NCBI GenBank assembly: GCA_963745235.1 | Contig: CAVUXE010000054.1 | Coordinates: 64,001 to 128,000 of the forward strand | Direction: 5' to 3' | Source of the DNA: an uncultured Spirochaetota bacterium | Lineage (GTDB): Bacteria > Spirochaetota > Spirochaetia > SZUA-6 > Fen-1364 | DNA length: 64,000 bases | Shown here: positions 1 through 10,279 of the stretch, piece after piece | Layout of the letters: each line of letters begins with the position of its first letter | How positions within the stretch are numbered: position 1 is the first letter of the stretch | Notes under the pieces: generated by a model | Databases searched by the model: none | The model's input: only the letters and a program-made list of their open reading frames with translations | Told to the model about the DNA's origin: nothing | Position numbers and translations under genes: made by a program

Positions 1-2
1 CG

Positions 3-941
3 CTGGAGCGAAAGCTCTTTGCGCCGACTCACATCGCCGACATCAAGGATCCCGCGACAATGGCCGCGCTGTTCGAAGTTGACACCAACTACGGCCGTTG
101 GCCGGAGCCTGTGTCCTTCGGCGAGGGCAGTTTTCGCATCGGAGATCGGCGAATCGCCTTCATTGACACGAAGGCTTCTGTGCCCGACTGGGGATCACTC
201 GGCGTCGACGTGGTGGTGGATTGTTCCGGGCGGGCCACCCGACGGGAGAACGCGCAGCTTCACGTGAATCGAGGCGCCAGGAAGGTCCTTGTCAGCGCTG
301 GGAGCAAATCCCTCTCCGACTGCGATGCTGTTCTTCTTCCTGGCATCAACCTCGACGCCTATGACGCGAAGAAGCACCACATCATCAGCATGGGGAGCTG
401 CACGACCAACGCGCTTGCACCCGTGGTCAAGATCATACGGGAGAACCTCGGCATCGCGAGCGGGTTCTTCGCGACCGTCCACTCCTACACGAACACCCAG
501 TCGCTCACCGATCAGCCCATGGCGGATCGGCGCGATTCCTGGGCCGCGGCGGAAAACATCATTCCCAGCTCTTCCGGCGCGGCGAAGGTCCTGCTTTTCA
601 TCTGGCCGGATCTCAAGGTCACCGGAAAAGCGTACCGGGTGCCCACGCGAACCGGAAGCATTGTCGAGCTGGTGGCCAGCGTCGAACGCGCGACAGATGC
701 CGAATCACTGAGGGAGATTTTTCGCCGGGCCGCAGGCTCACCGGCGCTTCAGGGGATTCTCGGCGTCCTGGAGGATGAATACGCTTCGTCGCGAATCGTG
801 GGAGATACCCGCTCGTCCATCGTTGACCTTCCATTGATCGGGGTGATGGGTGACCGCATGGTCTCGGTTGCAGCCTGGTATGACAACGAGTACGGCTTCT
901 GCAGCCGCCTTGCCGAGACCGCGCGACTCCTGGCCGGCTGA
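3..941 (+). CDS. Type I glyceraldehyde-3-phosphate dehydrogenase family protein, divergent; 5' end lies outside the window
   Basis: Catalytic motif GSCTTNALAP; also VDVVVDCSG, NIIPSSSGAAK, AYRVP and AWYDNEYG. The frame is open back to the window edge. Confidence 0.88.
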   Translation: MERKLFAPTHIADIKDPATMAALFEVDTNYGRWPEPVSFGEGSFRIGDRRIAFIDTKASVPDWGSLGVDVVVDCSGRATRRENAQLHVNRGARKVLVSAGSKSLSDCDAVLLPGINLDAYDAKKHHIISMGSCTTNALAPVVKIIRENLGIASGFFATVHSYTNTQSLTDQPMADRRDSWAAAENIIPSSSGAAKVLLFIWPDLKVTGKAYRVPTRTGSIVELVASVERATDAESLREIFRRAAGSPALQGILGVLEDEYASSRIVGDTRSSIVDLPLIGVMGDRMVSVAAWYDNEYGFCSRLAETARLLAG

Positions 942-1138
942 CCTTGGCGCGCTGTGCCCTCTCATGCGCCGTGATGCCTCGTTCCCCGGTACAAAGAATC
1001 CACGCACTCCGAAAGGAAGGCCTCGAGCTCGATCCGAAACGGCGCAAGCGTCGTGTCGGATCTGATCACGGCTTCCACGTTGCCAGCCTCCCTGTCCTTC
1101 GACGCGCGCAGGGCGAAGTCTCGAAACTGAATATATTC

Positions 1139-1151
1139 TGACTCGGAGTCA
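1139..1151. promoter_or_regulatory. Palindrome TGACTC-G-GAGTCA, possible operator upstream of the SDR gene
   Basis: Perfect 6-bp inverted repeat 17 nt before the GTG start, next to an AT-rich stretch. Confidence 0.4.
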
Positions 1152-1168
1152 TTACCAAGGAGGCTCTT

Positions 1169-1951
1169 GTGGCGGCTGACATAAAGGGGAAGTGGGCGCT
1201 CGTGACAGGGGCATCCTCAGGGATCGGGGCGGAGCTGTCCCGCGAGCTGGCGGCTCGAGGCGCGAACCTCATCCTGGTTGCGCGCAGGCGAGACGCACTG
1301 GATGCCCTTGCCGGGGAGCTCACGGAGAAAGGGGTCCAGGTCAGGGTGGAGGCGGCGGACCTCGCCAAACCGGGCGAGCCCGAACGTCTCTTCGAGACCC
1401 TGCGCTCTACCGGCATCAGTGTCTCTCTCCTTGCAAACAACGCCGGCTTTGGGGCGTATGGACCTTTCGATTCTATTGATGCCGCAACCGAGGAGTCCAT
1501 GCTGGATGTGGATGTGAAGGCGCTCGCGCGGATGACGAGGGTCTTTGTGGGTCCCATGAGGGCGGCCGGCTTCGGCAGGATCCTGCTCACCGCCTCAACC
1601 GGAGCCTACCAGCCCACGCCGCTTTACGCTACCTACAGCGCCGCGAAGGCGTTCGTGCTCAGCTACGGCTACGCGATACGGCGCGAGCTTCGCGGCTCCG
1701 GCGTCACGGTGACCGTGCTTTCCCCCGGCGTCACGCGGACCGATTTTCACCGTCTTTCCGGGCTGGAAACGAACCCCTTCAAGCGAATCACGATGATGGA
1801 GATCTCCCCTGTTGCAAAGGCCGCAGTCCGGGCCCTCCTGCGCGGCAGGGCTGAGCTGGTCCCCGGGTTCCTCAACAAGGCGATGGTGTTCTTCGTCGGC
1901 TTTCTTCCGCGAGCCGCTCAGGCGGCATTGGCGGAATCCATGATGAAATAA
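1169..1951 (+). CDS. SDR family NAD(P)-dependent oxidoreductase
   Basis: TGASSGIG, NNAG and YSAAK (YxxxK) motifs; SD AAGGAGG upstream. Confidence 0.92.
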   Translation: MAADIKGKWALVTGASSGIGAELSRELAARGANLILVARRRDALDALAGELTEKGVQVRVEAADLAKPGEPERLFETLRSTGISVSLLANNAGFGAYGPFDSIDAATEESMLDVDVKALARMTRVFVGPMRAAGFGRILLTASTGAYQPTPLYATYSAAKAFVLSYGYAIRRELRGSGVTVTVLSPGVTRTDFHRLSGLETNPFKRITMMEISPVAKAAVRALLRGRAELVPGFLNKAMVFFVGFLPRAAQAALAESMMK

Positions 1952-1988
1952 AAAGACTTTACTCCGCGGAATTCCATGATATACTCAA

Positions 1989-2027
1989 CTTCTAAATAGC
2001 GAAACAGACTTCCGCATAGTCGAAAAG
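1989..2027 (+). promoter_or_regulatory. 39-bp putative operator, copy A (shared with 13385-13423)
   Basis: CTTCTAAATAGCGAAACAGACTTCCGCATAGTCGAAAAG matches the reverse complement of 13385-13423 at 31/39 positions; core is GCGAAA-N5-TTCCGC. Confidence 0.7.
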
Positions 2028-2045
2028 AATGTCCGGAGGGAATCC

Positions 2046-3217
2046 GTGAAGCCTTTGACCCTTATGGTCCCCGGTCCTGTCCAGGTAAGCACGCCCGTCT
2101 TGAACCGCATGGCGGCAACGCAGGTGCCCCACTATGGGGAAGAGGCCATTGGGGCCTACAACGCGTGTATCGAGCGCCTGCGGCCCCTGTTCGGCCTCGG
2201 AGACAGCGGAAACATCTACATCTTCCCCGGCTCGGGGAGCATCGCAAACGAGGTCTGCTCCGCCACGTTCATCCGCCCGGGGGATGAGGTCATCGTGGCC
2301 ACCAACGGCACCTTCGGCGAAAGGGTGAGGGACCAGGCGGCCTCCTACGGCGCGCAGATCGTTCACGTGAAGGCTGATGAGGGAAAGCCGGTGACCGCGG
2401 ACATGATCGAGGATGCCGTCCGCGCCCATCCGGGCGTCTCGCTGATCATGGCCGTCCACCTCGAGACATCCACCGGCGTCCTCAATCCCATCCAGGCCAT
2501 TGGCGCAGTTGCGGGCAGGCACCGCATTCCGTTTTGCAGTTGATGCGGTTTCTTCCTTCGGGACAGAAAGAATCGACATGGAGAAGTGGAACATCTCCAT
2601 TTGCGCCACAGCCACCCAGAAGGGGCTGGAGTCTCCGCCGGGCCTGGGCATCGCCGCGGTGAGCAGGGCAGGCTGGGAGATTCTCCTCGATCGCAAAACC
2701 ACCGGAACCGGCTGGTTCCTGAACCTCCTTCTATGGAAGAAAGTGCAGGAAGGCAAGGAGATCCGCAAGGGAGTCGTTTATCCCCTGCCCGGTGACCATG
2801 CCTGTGAACAATGTCTACGCCCTCCTGGAGAGCCTGGAAGAGATTGGAAGGGAGGGGTGGGAGGCGCGGCTCCTGCGTCACCAGAGAATGGCGCAGGCCG
2901 TGCGCCAGGGGATGCAGTGCATGGGCTTTCAGCTCTTCCCTGAGGAAGGCTGCTGCGCTAATGCAGTCACCTCCGTCCGCAACAATCTCCCCATCCAGGT
3001 CTCCGAGCTCATCGGTTTTCTCAAGGATTTCGTTCACACCGAGATCAGCAACGGGCTCTTCGAGCTGTACAACAAGCTGATCAGGATAGGCCATATCGGG
3101 CAGACCGCGGAACGGGAGCACGTCGTGCCGGTTCTTTTCGGGATCGAGCATTTCCTGAGGAAAAAAGGCGTGAACCTTGCGCTGGGTTCGAGCCTTGTGG
3201 GCATTGAACGACTCTGA
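2046..3217 (+). CDS. Class V PLP-dependent aminotransferase (alanine-glyoxylate/serine-pyruvate type); two +1 frameshifts near 2532 and 2782
   Basis: MVPGP, NGTFGER, HLETSTGVLNP, VDAVSS, TQKGLESPPG and IRIGHIG are spread over three frames. Removing one T and one C from short homopolymers gives 389 aa. Confidence 0.85.
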
Positions 3218-3708
3218 AAACCGTTTCAAGGAGGTGTGGCATGAAGAAACGAATCCTGGCACTGGCGCTCGTTCTCCTGTGCCTCGGAGGGATGGCGTTC
3301 GCCGCGGGCGACGCTCCGGTGAGGGTGATCATCATCCCCCCCGCCCGGTTGACCCCTGGCTATCTGGGTGATGGAGCCGGGGCCATTTTCGCCAGCTTCG
3401 TGTATGACTGGCTGTTCAGGATCAACGGGCAGACCGGCAAGGTCGAGCCGTCCCTCGTTGAATCCTACACGATGTCACCTGATGCGAAGGTGTGGACCAT
3501 GAAGCTCCGCAAGGGGGTCAAGTTCCATCACGGCACCGTCTTCACCGCGGATGACGTCACCTATACGGTCAACAGGTGGCTGGACAAGAAGCTCGGGATG
3601 GTCCCCAACGGGGTGTTTGGAAGCCTCATCCAGAAGGTCGAGAAAGTGGACCCCTACACCGTCAGGTTCACCCTGACCCAGACGGACGTCGACTTCAACC
3701 TGAAGCTG

Positions 3709-5198
3709 GGGAGCGATTTCAATAAGTAGGTAGATTTACGCTGCCCGGTCCAGCGTGGCCAGGAAATCCTGCAGATGGCGGCCGCTTGCAATGGAGCTGC
3801 GGATCTGCAGCATCCCGTCTGCCCCTGTCTCCGACCACGTCATGCCTCCCTGCTTCATTCGGCCCGCGATGACGTTCTTACAGGCACTCTCGATGGTGCC
3901 GCTGCCAATGGGAAGGCGGGCACCACGGTAGACGTCATACTGCATCCTTTCTTTGTTGTCGGTGAAATAGTCGATCTGCCCTTGGATGAGGTCGCGGTAG
4001 TCCCTGTGCTCAACCATGTCACGAATCACATGCAATTCTTGGAGGAACGTCTCGACTTTTCCTTCCCAGAGGGTGGTTTTCCAAGCTTTGAAATGTTTCC
4101 AGTACTCGGGAGTCTGTTCGCCATAGAGTTTCTTGCACAGCTCCGAGACGTGCTCGCAGGCGTGATAGAAATCCAGAATGAAGGTGCTGTTGGGCGGAGC
4201 AAGCTCAACGAAACGATCCCAGATCCACTTCGCCCCATCAGCCAGGAACACCAGCCGCGTCTTTTTCACATCCTCCGCTCGGCGTTGCACCTCCACCGTC
4301 AAGCGCTTGAAGAACTCATCGGCGTGTTCGATGCCGCTGACGTAGCTGCTGGCTGTGCAAAACGCCTCCTGCTGCTTTTCGTCCCAGCCAATCGAGGAGA
4401 CCGCCCCCACCTTCACATCGCGCCACACGGTCGGGCAAGTTCTTTTGCCATCAACACTTCGCTCTTCCTCTCCTCGCTGGCGAAGCTTCGTGGCATCCAC
4501 CGACACTGCCATCCGCTCCTTGATCACATTCTCTTTGGCTATGAGCTGCCTCTTGTCGAAGACCTGCGCGATCTCCTCTTGTCGCAGCCCCTCCAGACGC
4601 TCGCCCAACTCTGCGTCCATGTCCAAGGACTTCCTCAAGGAGATCAGCTCCGTTGCATCAGGGCGAAAGATCTCGTGAAACCGATCCAGGCTCTTTTGAT
4701 AGGCCTCCCGCCCTGTAAAGGAGGAGAGAAAGTACTGGCAGCCGGGAGTGTGTCGCATCTGGATTCCCAGTTTCTCATCCTGGGGAAAGTATCCCCCACC
4801 GCCTTCTTGCTTACTGAAGTAGTAGGCTCGCCGGTATTCGACCATCCCGAATAGTCCGTGAAGACTGGTCCTGCGGTAGCCTACGAACTTGTACTTCCGA
4901 GCGTCTTTGCGAATGACGGCTCCCTCATAGCCCGTGTCCAACTGCTCGAAGACGGCGCCCATGGTTGCGCGTCCCAGTCTCATGAGGAACTCCAGAAGGT
5001 TCTTCTCGGTCAGAAACATGTCGCTGCTGTCGGTGATCTTCAGCCCATATGCTGCCTTGAAGTTTTCAAGGATTTGCGTTACCAGAGAATCCATTGTCCT
5101 TTCCCTCCCAGCTTCGAGATTTTTGCCAGTGGTAGTTTACCACGCGCTGGGAGGGACCTTTCTAGCCCCAAAACTACCAACAGCCGGAATTTGCACCC
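3709..5198 (-). mobile_element. Insertion sequence, ISKra4/ISLre2 (Mutator-like) type, 1490 bp
   Basis: Imperfect terminal inverted repeats GGGAGCGATTTC and GGGTGCAAATTC (9/12); direct repeat CTGAAGCTG at 3700-3708 and 5199-5207; single transposase ORF. Confidence 0.9.
3736..5094 (-). CDS. DDE transposase, ISKra4/ISLre2 (UPF0236-like) family
   Basis: VSVDAT, LADGAKWIW, LDFYHACEH, IGSGTIESACK and RMKQGGMTWS motifs. Confidence 0.9.
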   Translation of the reverse strand: MDSLVTQILENFKAAYGLKITDSSDMFLTEKNLLEFLMRLGRATMGAVFEQLDTGYEGAVIRKDARKYKFVGYRRTSLHGLFGMVEYRRAYYFSKQEGGGGYFPQDEKLGIQMRHTPGCQYFLSSFTGREAYQKSLDRFHEIFRPDATELISLRKSLDMDAELGERLEGLRQEEIAQVFDKRQLIAKENVIKERMAVSVDATKLRQRGEEERSVDGKRTCPTVWRDVKVGAVSSIGWDEKQQEAFCTASSYVSGIEHADEFFKRLTVEVQRRAEDVKKTRLVFLADGAKWIWDRFVELAPPNSTFILDFYHACEHVSELCKKLYGEQTPEYWKHFKAWKTTLWEGKVETFLQELHVIRDMVEHRDYRDLIQGQIDYFTDNKERMQYDVYRGARLPIGSGTIESACKNVIAGRMKQGGMTWSETGADGMLQIRSSIASGRHLQDFLATLDRAA

Positions 5199-6271
5199 CT
5201 GAAGCTGCTGGACTACAACACGCCCATGCTCGCGCACGACTATGACAATGACAAGCTCGGAGAGACAAAGCCCTCCGGCACGGGCGCCTACCAGGTCGAG
5301 ACCCTCGTTCCCAAGGAAAGGGTCGTCTTCAAGGCGAACACGAGCTACTGGGTGAACGGGGCTCCGGGCCTGGACAGGATAGAGCTCCTCTTCATCCCTG
5401 ACACAGAGACCGAGATCAAGATGATGGAGTCCGGCCAGGCGGATGTCGTCACCGACATCAGCGTGGACCAGTACAAGAGACTCAACGCGAACCCCGCTAC
5501 CACGGGCCTGTACATAAAGCTGGGGCACCATGTCCCCATCTCCATGAGGACCGACATTCCTCCCTTCAACGACCCGAAAGTCCGCATGGCAATGAAGCTG
5601 GTTGTCGACAGGCAGAAGATGCTGGACACCGTCATGTTCGGCATGGGGTCCCTGGGAAATGATTCCCCCATTGCCCCCTTCCATCCCTACTATGACGACC
5701 TGGGCGGAATCAGGCAGAGGGACATCGGGAAGGCCAAGGCCCTCCTTGCGCAGGCGGGGTACACCGACAAGAACCCCCTGAGCGTCACGTTGTATTGCAG
5801 CTCGAACACCCCGCCGGAGCTGGATGTCGCGCTGGCCTTCCAGCAGATGGCGAAGGACGCCGGCATTGACGTCGAGATCAGCACCTCACCCCGGGATGTC
5901 TACTATGCCAAGCACTGGCTGAAGGAGACCCTGACCGCCACCCTGTGGGGCCACAGGGAGGACGTGACCCAGCTCCTGAGGCTTGCCTACATGAGCGGCG
6001 GCCCGTGGAACGAGGGGCACTACGCCAACCCGGAGCTGGACAAGAACATTCAGCTTGCCACCTCCACAACGGACACCGCGAAGCGCAAGGAATACTTCAA
6101 GAACATCCAGCAGATCCTGGCGGATGACGGTCCTTCAATCATTTCCTTCTTCCAGCCCTACTTCGGGGCTACGTCGAAGCGGATCAAGGACTTCTATCTC
6201 ACCCGCAACTGGATCAACGACTACCGCTTCATGAAGCTCGCGGCGCCGCAGTAGAGCGCCATCTCCGCCAC

Positions 6272-6310
6272 GGCTCCTCCCGGCCCTCGCGGGTCGGGAG
6301 GAGCCTCTTT
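6272..6310 (+). terminator. Stem-loop after the binding-protein gene (partial terminator or mRNA-stabilising element)
   Basis: GGCTCCTCCCGGCCC-TCGC-GGGTCGGGAGGAGCC followed by TCTTT. Confidence 0.65.
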
Positions 6311-6322
6311 CGAGGACACGGG

Positions 6323-7267
6323 ATGATACGGTACGGCTTGAAAAGACTCGGTCTCATTCTCGTCTCTCTTTTCGTCGCCTCCATCATCATCTTCCTCATC
6401 ACCGAGATCATTCCCGGAGACGTTGCGCAGATGATCCTCGGTCAGAACGTCACCCCTGATGCCCTGGCCGCCCTGCGTGAGCGCCTTGGCCTGATGAACC
6501 CGCCCGCCGTCCGGTACCTGCACTGGATCGGTGGGGTCCTGCAGGGCAACCTGGGAGACTCCCTGTCCATGCAGGGCGTGGGCATCGCGGACCTCATTGC
6601 CCGACGAGGGCTGAACTCGCTCTTCCTCGCCGCCGCCTCCACCATCCTGCTGGTCCCTCTCTCACTGTTCATGGGCGTGATTGCCGGGCTGAAGGAAGAC
6701 AAATGGCCTGACAGCGTGATCTCCACCCTTTCCCTGATCGCCATTTCCCTTCCGGAGTTCATCTCAGGCACTTTCCTCATGCTCGTGTTCAGTGTGTGGC
6801 TGAGGTGGCTGCCGGCTGCAAGCGCAATCAATTCGGATGTGAGCCTCTTCCGACAGCTCCCCCTGCTGGTCCTCCCCATCGTCACCGTGTCCCTGGTCCT
6901 CCTGGGGTACGTTGCGCGCATGGTCCGCGCAAGCGTCATAGAAGCCTCGCGGTCTCCCTACGCGCGGAGCGCCATCCTCAAGGGGCTGCCGCCTTTCCTC
7001 GTGAACAGGAGGCACATCCTCAGGAACGCGCTTCTTCCGTCGGTCACCATCATCGCGATGAACATCGGCTGGCTGTTCGGGGGCATCATCATCGTGGAAT
7101 CCGTCTTCGGCTTCCCGGGATTGGGAAGCCTCGTCCTCTTTGCCATTCAGCAGCGGGACGTGCCTCTCATCGAGGACGTCGTCCTCCTGATGGCCGCGGC
7201 ATACCTTGTCCTGAACCTGCTTGCTGACGTCGTCTATGCGCTGCTCAATCCGAGGATCAGGTACTGA
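6323..7267 (+). CDS. ABC transporter permease (DppB/OppB type)
   Basis: PGDVAQMILG, RYLHWI and AILKGL..RHILRNAL..VESVFGFPGLG; multiple hydrophobic helices. Confidence 0.93.
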   Translation: MIRYGLKRLGLILVSLFVASIIIFLITEIIPGDVAQMILGQNVTPDALAALRERLGLMNPPAVRYLHWIGGVLQGNLGDSLSMQGVGIADLIARRGLNSLFLAAASTILLVPLSLFMGVIAGLKEDKWPDSVISTLSLIAISLPEFISGTFLMLVFSVWLRWLPAASAINSDVSLFRQLPLLVLPIVTVSLVLLGYVARMVRASVIEASRSPYARSAILKGLPPFLVNRRHILRNALLPSVTIIAMNIGWLFGGIIIVESVFGFPGLGSLVLFAIQQRDVPLIEDVVLLMAAAYLVLNLLADVVYALLNPRIRY

Positions 7268-7269
7268 CA

Positions 7270-8193
7270 ATGAGCACGGCACGCCCCGCCCGTGACGCAT
7301 CCTGTCCCGAGAACGAGGAGCCGAGGCTCCAGCAGATTGTCGGCGCCGTGGGGAGGACCCTGCGGTCGTTCGCGGACACGGTGCGTCGCCTGTGCGCTTC
7401 CCGTGCCGCGCTCATCAGCATGATCATCCTGGTCTTCTGGCTCCTCATGTCCGTCATGGGGCCCGCCATTGCCCCCTATGATTCGGCAAAGCACAACCTG
7501 GCGGACCGGTTCACGGGTCCGTCCCTCCAGCACCTGTGCGGCACCGACCGGTTCGGGCGTGACGAGTTCAGCAGGATCATCCTGGGAAGCCGCACGGTCT
7601 TCCTGCTTGCCGCTTCCTCCACCCTGGTAAGCCTTCTCATCGGCACCTCCGTGGGGCTGGCCTCGGGATATGCGGGCGGGACCGTGGATGAGGTCATCAT
7701 GAGGTTCACCGACATCCTCATGTCATTCCCGTCGCTCCTGTTCGCCATGCTCATGCTGGGCATCATGGGTCCAACGTTCATCGGGGTCGTCATCGTCATC
7801 GCAATCGTGTTCTTTCCCCGAATAGCCCGGGTGGTCAGGAGCGTGGTCCTGGACCTCAAGACGAAAGAGTTCGTGGAAGCCGCCAAGGTGCGGGGGGAGA
7901 GCGGCTTCTACATCATGTTCGTGGAGATACTTCCCAACACCCTTGGCCCTCTTGGCGTGGAGGCGGCGGTGAGGTTCGGGTATGCCATCTTCACCAGCGC
8001 CTCCCTGGGGTTTCTCGGGCTCGGCGTCCAGCCGCCCACCCCGGACTGGGGGCTCATGATGAGCGATGCGCAGGCGTACGTGACAACGGCGCCGTGGATG
8101 GCCATCTTTCCCGCCCTTGCAATCGCCAGCCTCACCGTGGCAGTGAACTTCCTGAGCGACGCCATCCGGAAGCTGGAAAGCGGTGACCTGTAA
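7270..8193 (+). CDS. ABC transporter permease (DppC/OppC type)
   Basis: GTDRFGRD, EFVEAAKVRG and LGFLGLGVQPPTPDWG. Confidence 0.93.
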   Translation: MSTARPARDASCPENEEPRLQQIVGAVGRTLRSFADTVRRLCASRAALISMIILVFWLLMSVMGPAIAPYDSAKHNLADRFTGPSLQHLCGTDRFGRDEFSRIILGSRTVFLLAASSTLVSLLIGTSVGLASGYAGGTVDEVIMRFTDILMSFPSLLFAMLMLGIMGPTFIGVVIVIAIVFFPRIARVVRSVVLDLKTKEFVEAAKVRGESGFYIMFVEILPNTLGPLGVEAAVRFGYAIFTSASLGFLGLGVQPPTPDWGLMMSDAQAYVTTAPWMAIFPALAIASLTVAVNFLSDAIRKLESGDL

Positions 8194-8206
8194 CATGGGG
8201 ACGCGA

Positions 8207-10279
8207 ATGCCCGTGGATGACATCCTTCAGATCCGGGACCTCGAAGTCTCCTACAGCACACGGTCCGGCACCCTGCGCGCCATTCGGGATCTGAGCCTGA
8301 GCCTCCGGAGGAACGAGACCTACGGAGTGGTTGGAGAGTCCGGCTGCGGGAAGAGCACTCTTGCATTCGCCATCATGGGATACCTGGAAAGAAACGGCGC
8401 CGTCACCCGCGGGGAGATCCTTTTCAACGGAGAGGACCTCCTGAAGAAGTCCCGCTCCGAGATGCGCGCGCTGTGGGGAAAAAAGATATCCATGATTTAC
8501 CAGGACCCCACGGCGGCCCTCAACCCGTCCCTCACCGTGGGCCTCCAGATCGCAGAGATCCTCCAGGTGCACCAGGGCCAGTCCTGGGATGCGGCGCGGA
8601 GGCAGGCTGTGTCCATGCTTTCCCGCCTGCAGATTGCTGATCCCGAGATGATTGCGGACCGCTATCCCCACCAGCTTTCCGGTGGCATGCGCCAGAGGGT
8701 GTGCATCGCCATGGCTTTCATCATGAAGCCGGACCTCCTCATCCTGGATGAGCCCACCACGAACCTGGACGTCACCACGGAGGCCAACATCCTGGACATG
8801 CTGAACGATCTGAAGAACGATTTCAGCGCGACCACCCTCTACATCTCCCACGACCTGGGAGTGGTGTACAAGGTCTCCGACCGGGTGGGGGTCATGTACG
8901 GGGGGAGGTTCGTCGAAGAGGGGTACATCGCGGACATTATCTGCTCACCCAAGCATCCGTACACCAAGGGGCTCCTGCGCTGTATCCCCGAGGTGCTGCT
9001 GGACAAGAGCAAGAGACGCCTGACCCCGATCCCCGGAAGCGTGGCGGAGCTCGGCGCCATGCCGTACGGGTGCGCCTTTACCCCCCGGTGCGCCCACCGC
9101 ACGGAGAAGTGCCAGCGTGAAAACCCTGAACGGATGCCTTTCGGCGGGGACAGGCTTGTCCGCTGCCACTACACGCGGGAGATAGATGAGCAGGAGAGGA
9201 AGGCGCCCGCCTGCGATGAAGAGCCGCAGAGGCCGGAATGCGAGGACCTGGGCGAGCGGGGGTTCGCCTCGGCGCTGCTTTCACTCACCCGCGTGCAAAA
9301 ACACTATGGGGACCTCACGTCTCTCTTTGCCCGCGGCAGCGCGCGGAAAGTCCGCGCGGTGGACGACGTGTCCCTGATCATCCCGGGCCGCTCCACCCTG
9401 GGACTGGTCGGGGAAAGCGGCTGCGGGAAAAGCACTCTGCTGAGAGTGATTGCCGGCCTCGAAGCTGCCACGGGGGGAAGCCTCGTCTTTGACCAGCAGG
9501 ACATCTCGGTGCCCATCGGGAAGCGAAAACGCGGCATGGCCAAGCGGATCCAGGTTGTGTTCCAGGACCCCCGCTCCACATTGAACCCCCGCAAGACCAT
9601 CGGGCAGGCGATCATGAGACCCATCAGGCTCACGGGCCTTTCCTTCCGGGAGGCGGAGCAGCGCGCGCGTGAGCTGCTGGAATCCGTGAACCTGGGGTGC
9701 GAGTTCCTGGACCGCTTCCCCGAGCAGCTGAGCGGCGGGCAGAAGCAGCGCATCGCCATCGCCCGCGCGTTTGCGAGCAACCCCGACCTGATTCTCTGTG
9801 ATGAGCCGACCTCCAGCCTGGACGTTTCAATCCAGGCGTCCATCATCAACCTCCTCCTGGAGCTGCAGAAAGAGAAGGGCACCACGTATCTTTTCATCTC
9901 CCACGCCCTGGGCGTGGTGAGCTATCTCTGCGACACCATGGCGGTGATGTACCTGGGGGCAATCGTGGAGCACGGCCCGAAGAACAAGGTCCTCTCTCCG
10001 CCCTATCACCCGTACACCGAAGCGCTCCTCTCCTCCCTGTCGGTCCCCCGGCCCAACGCGTCCCAGGAGCGCATACGCCTGGAAGGCTCGGTCCCCAGCG
10101 CCCGCGAGATCCCCAGCGGGTGCAGGTTCCACACCCGCTGTCCACGCAAGGCCGGCAGGATCTGTGAAACAACGGAGCCCCCACGGGTCACGACGGATGG
10201 CGACAACGACCATTTCCTGTACTGCCACATTCCCCTGGAGGAATTGAGGCGCATGAAGCCGGTTTTCAAGGAGGTATGA
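8207..10279 (+). CDS. ABC transporter ATP-binding protein, fused DppD-DppF type (start 8195 or 8207)
   Basis: Two GESGCGKST Walker A motifs, LSGGMRQR and LSGGQKQR signatures, and two HPYT plus Cys-rich C-terminal modules. Confidence 0.93.
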   Translation: MPVDDILQIRDLEVSYSTRSGTLRAIRDLSLSLRRNETYGVVGESGCGKSTLAFAIMGYLERNGAVTRGEILFNGEDLLKKSRSEMRALWGKKISMIYQDPTAALNPSLTVGLQIAEILQVHQGQSWDAARRQAVSMLSRLQIADPEMIADRYPHQLSGGMRQRVCIAMAFIMKPDLLILDEPTTNLDVTTEANILDMLNDLKNDFSATTLYISHDLGVVYKVSDRVGVMYGGRFVEEGYIADIICSPKHPYTKGLLRCIPEVLLDKSKRRLTPIPGSVAELGAMPYGCAFTPRCAHRTEKCQRENPERMPFGGDRLVRCHYTREIDEQERKAPACDEEPQRPECEDLGERGFASALLSLTRVQKHYGDLTSLFARGSARKVRAVDDVSLIIPGRSTLGLVGESGCGKSTLLRVIAGLEAATGGSLVFDQQDISVPIGKRKRGMAKRIQVVFQDPRSTLNPRKTIGQAIMRPIRLTGLSFREAEQRARELLESVNLGCEFLDRFPEQLSGGQKQRIAIARAFASNPDLILCDEPTSSLDVSIQASIINLLLELQKEKGTTYLFISHALGVVSYLCDTMAVMYLGAIVEHGPKNKVLSPPYHPYTEALLSSLSVPRPNASQERIRLEGSVPSAREIPSGCRFHTRCPRKAGRICETTEPPRVTTDGDNDHFLYCHIPLEELRRMKPVFKEV

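Larger units (their letters stand above)
3241..6254 (+). pseudogene. Family-5 (peptide/nickel-type) ABC substrate-binding protein interrupted by an IS; 504 aa when 3241-3708 and 5208-6254 are joined
   Basis: Signal peptide plus LRKGVKFHHG..FTADDV in the 5' part; GTGAY and PPFNDPKVRMAM in the 3' part. The halves rejoin in frame as DFNLKLLDYNTPML. Confidence 0.9.

Noticed and set aside
960-1135. Startless minus-strand frame (..FRDFALRASKDRE..LEAFLSECVDSLY..) as a gene remnant
   Set aside because: No start codon or recognisable family; cannot be supported without a search.
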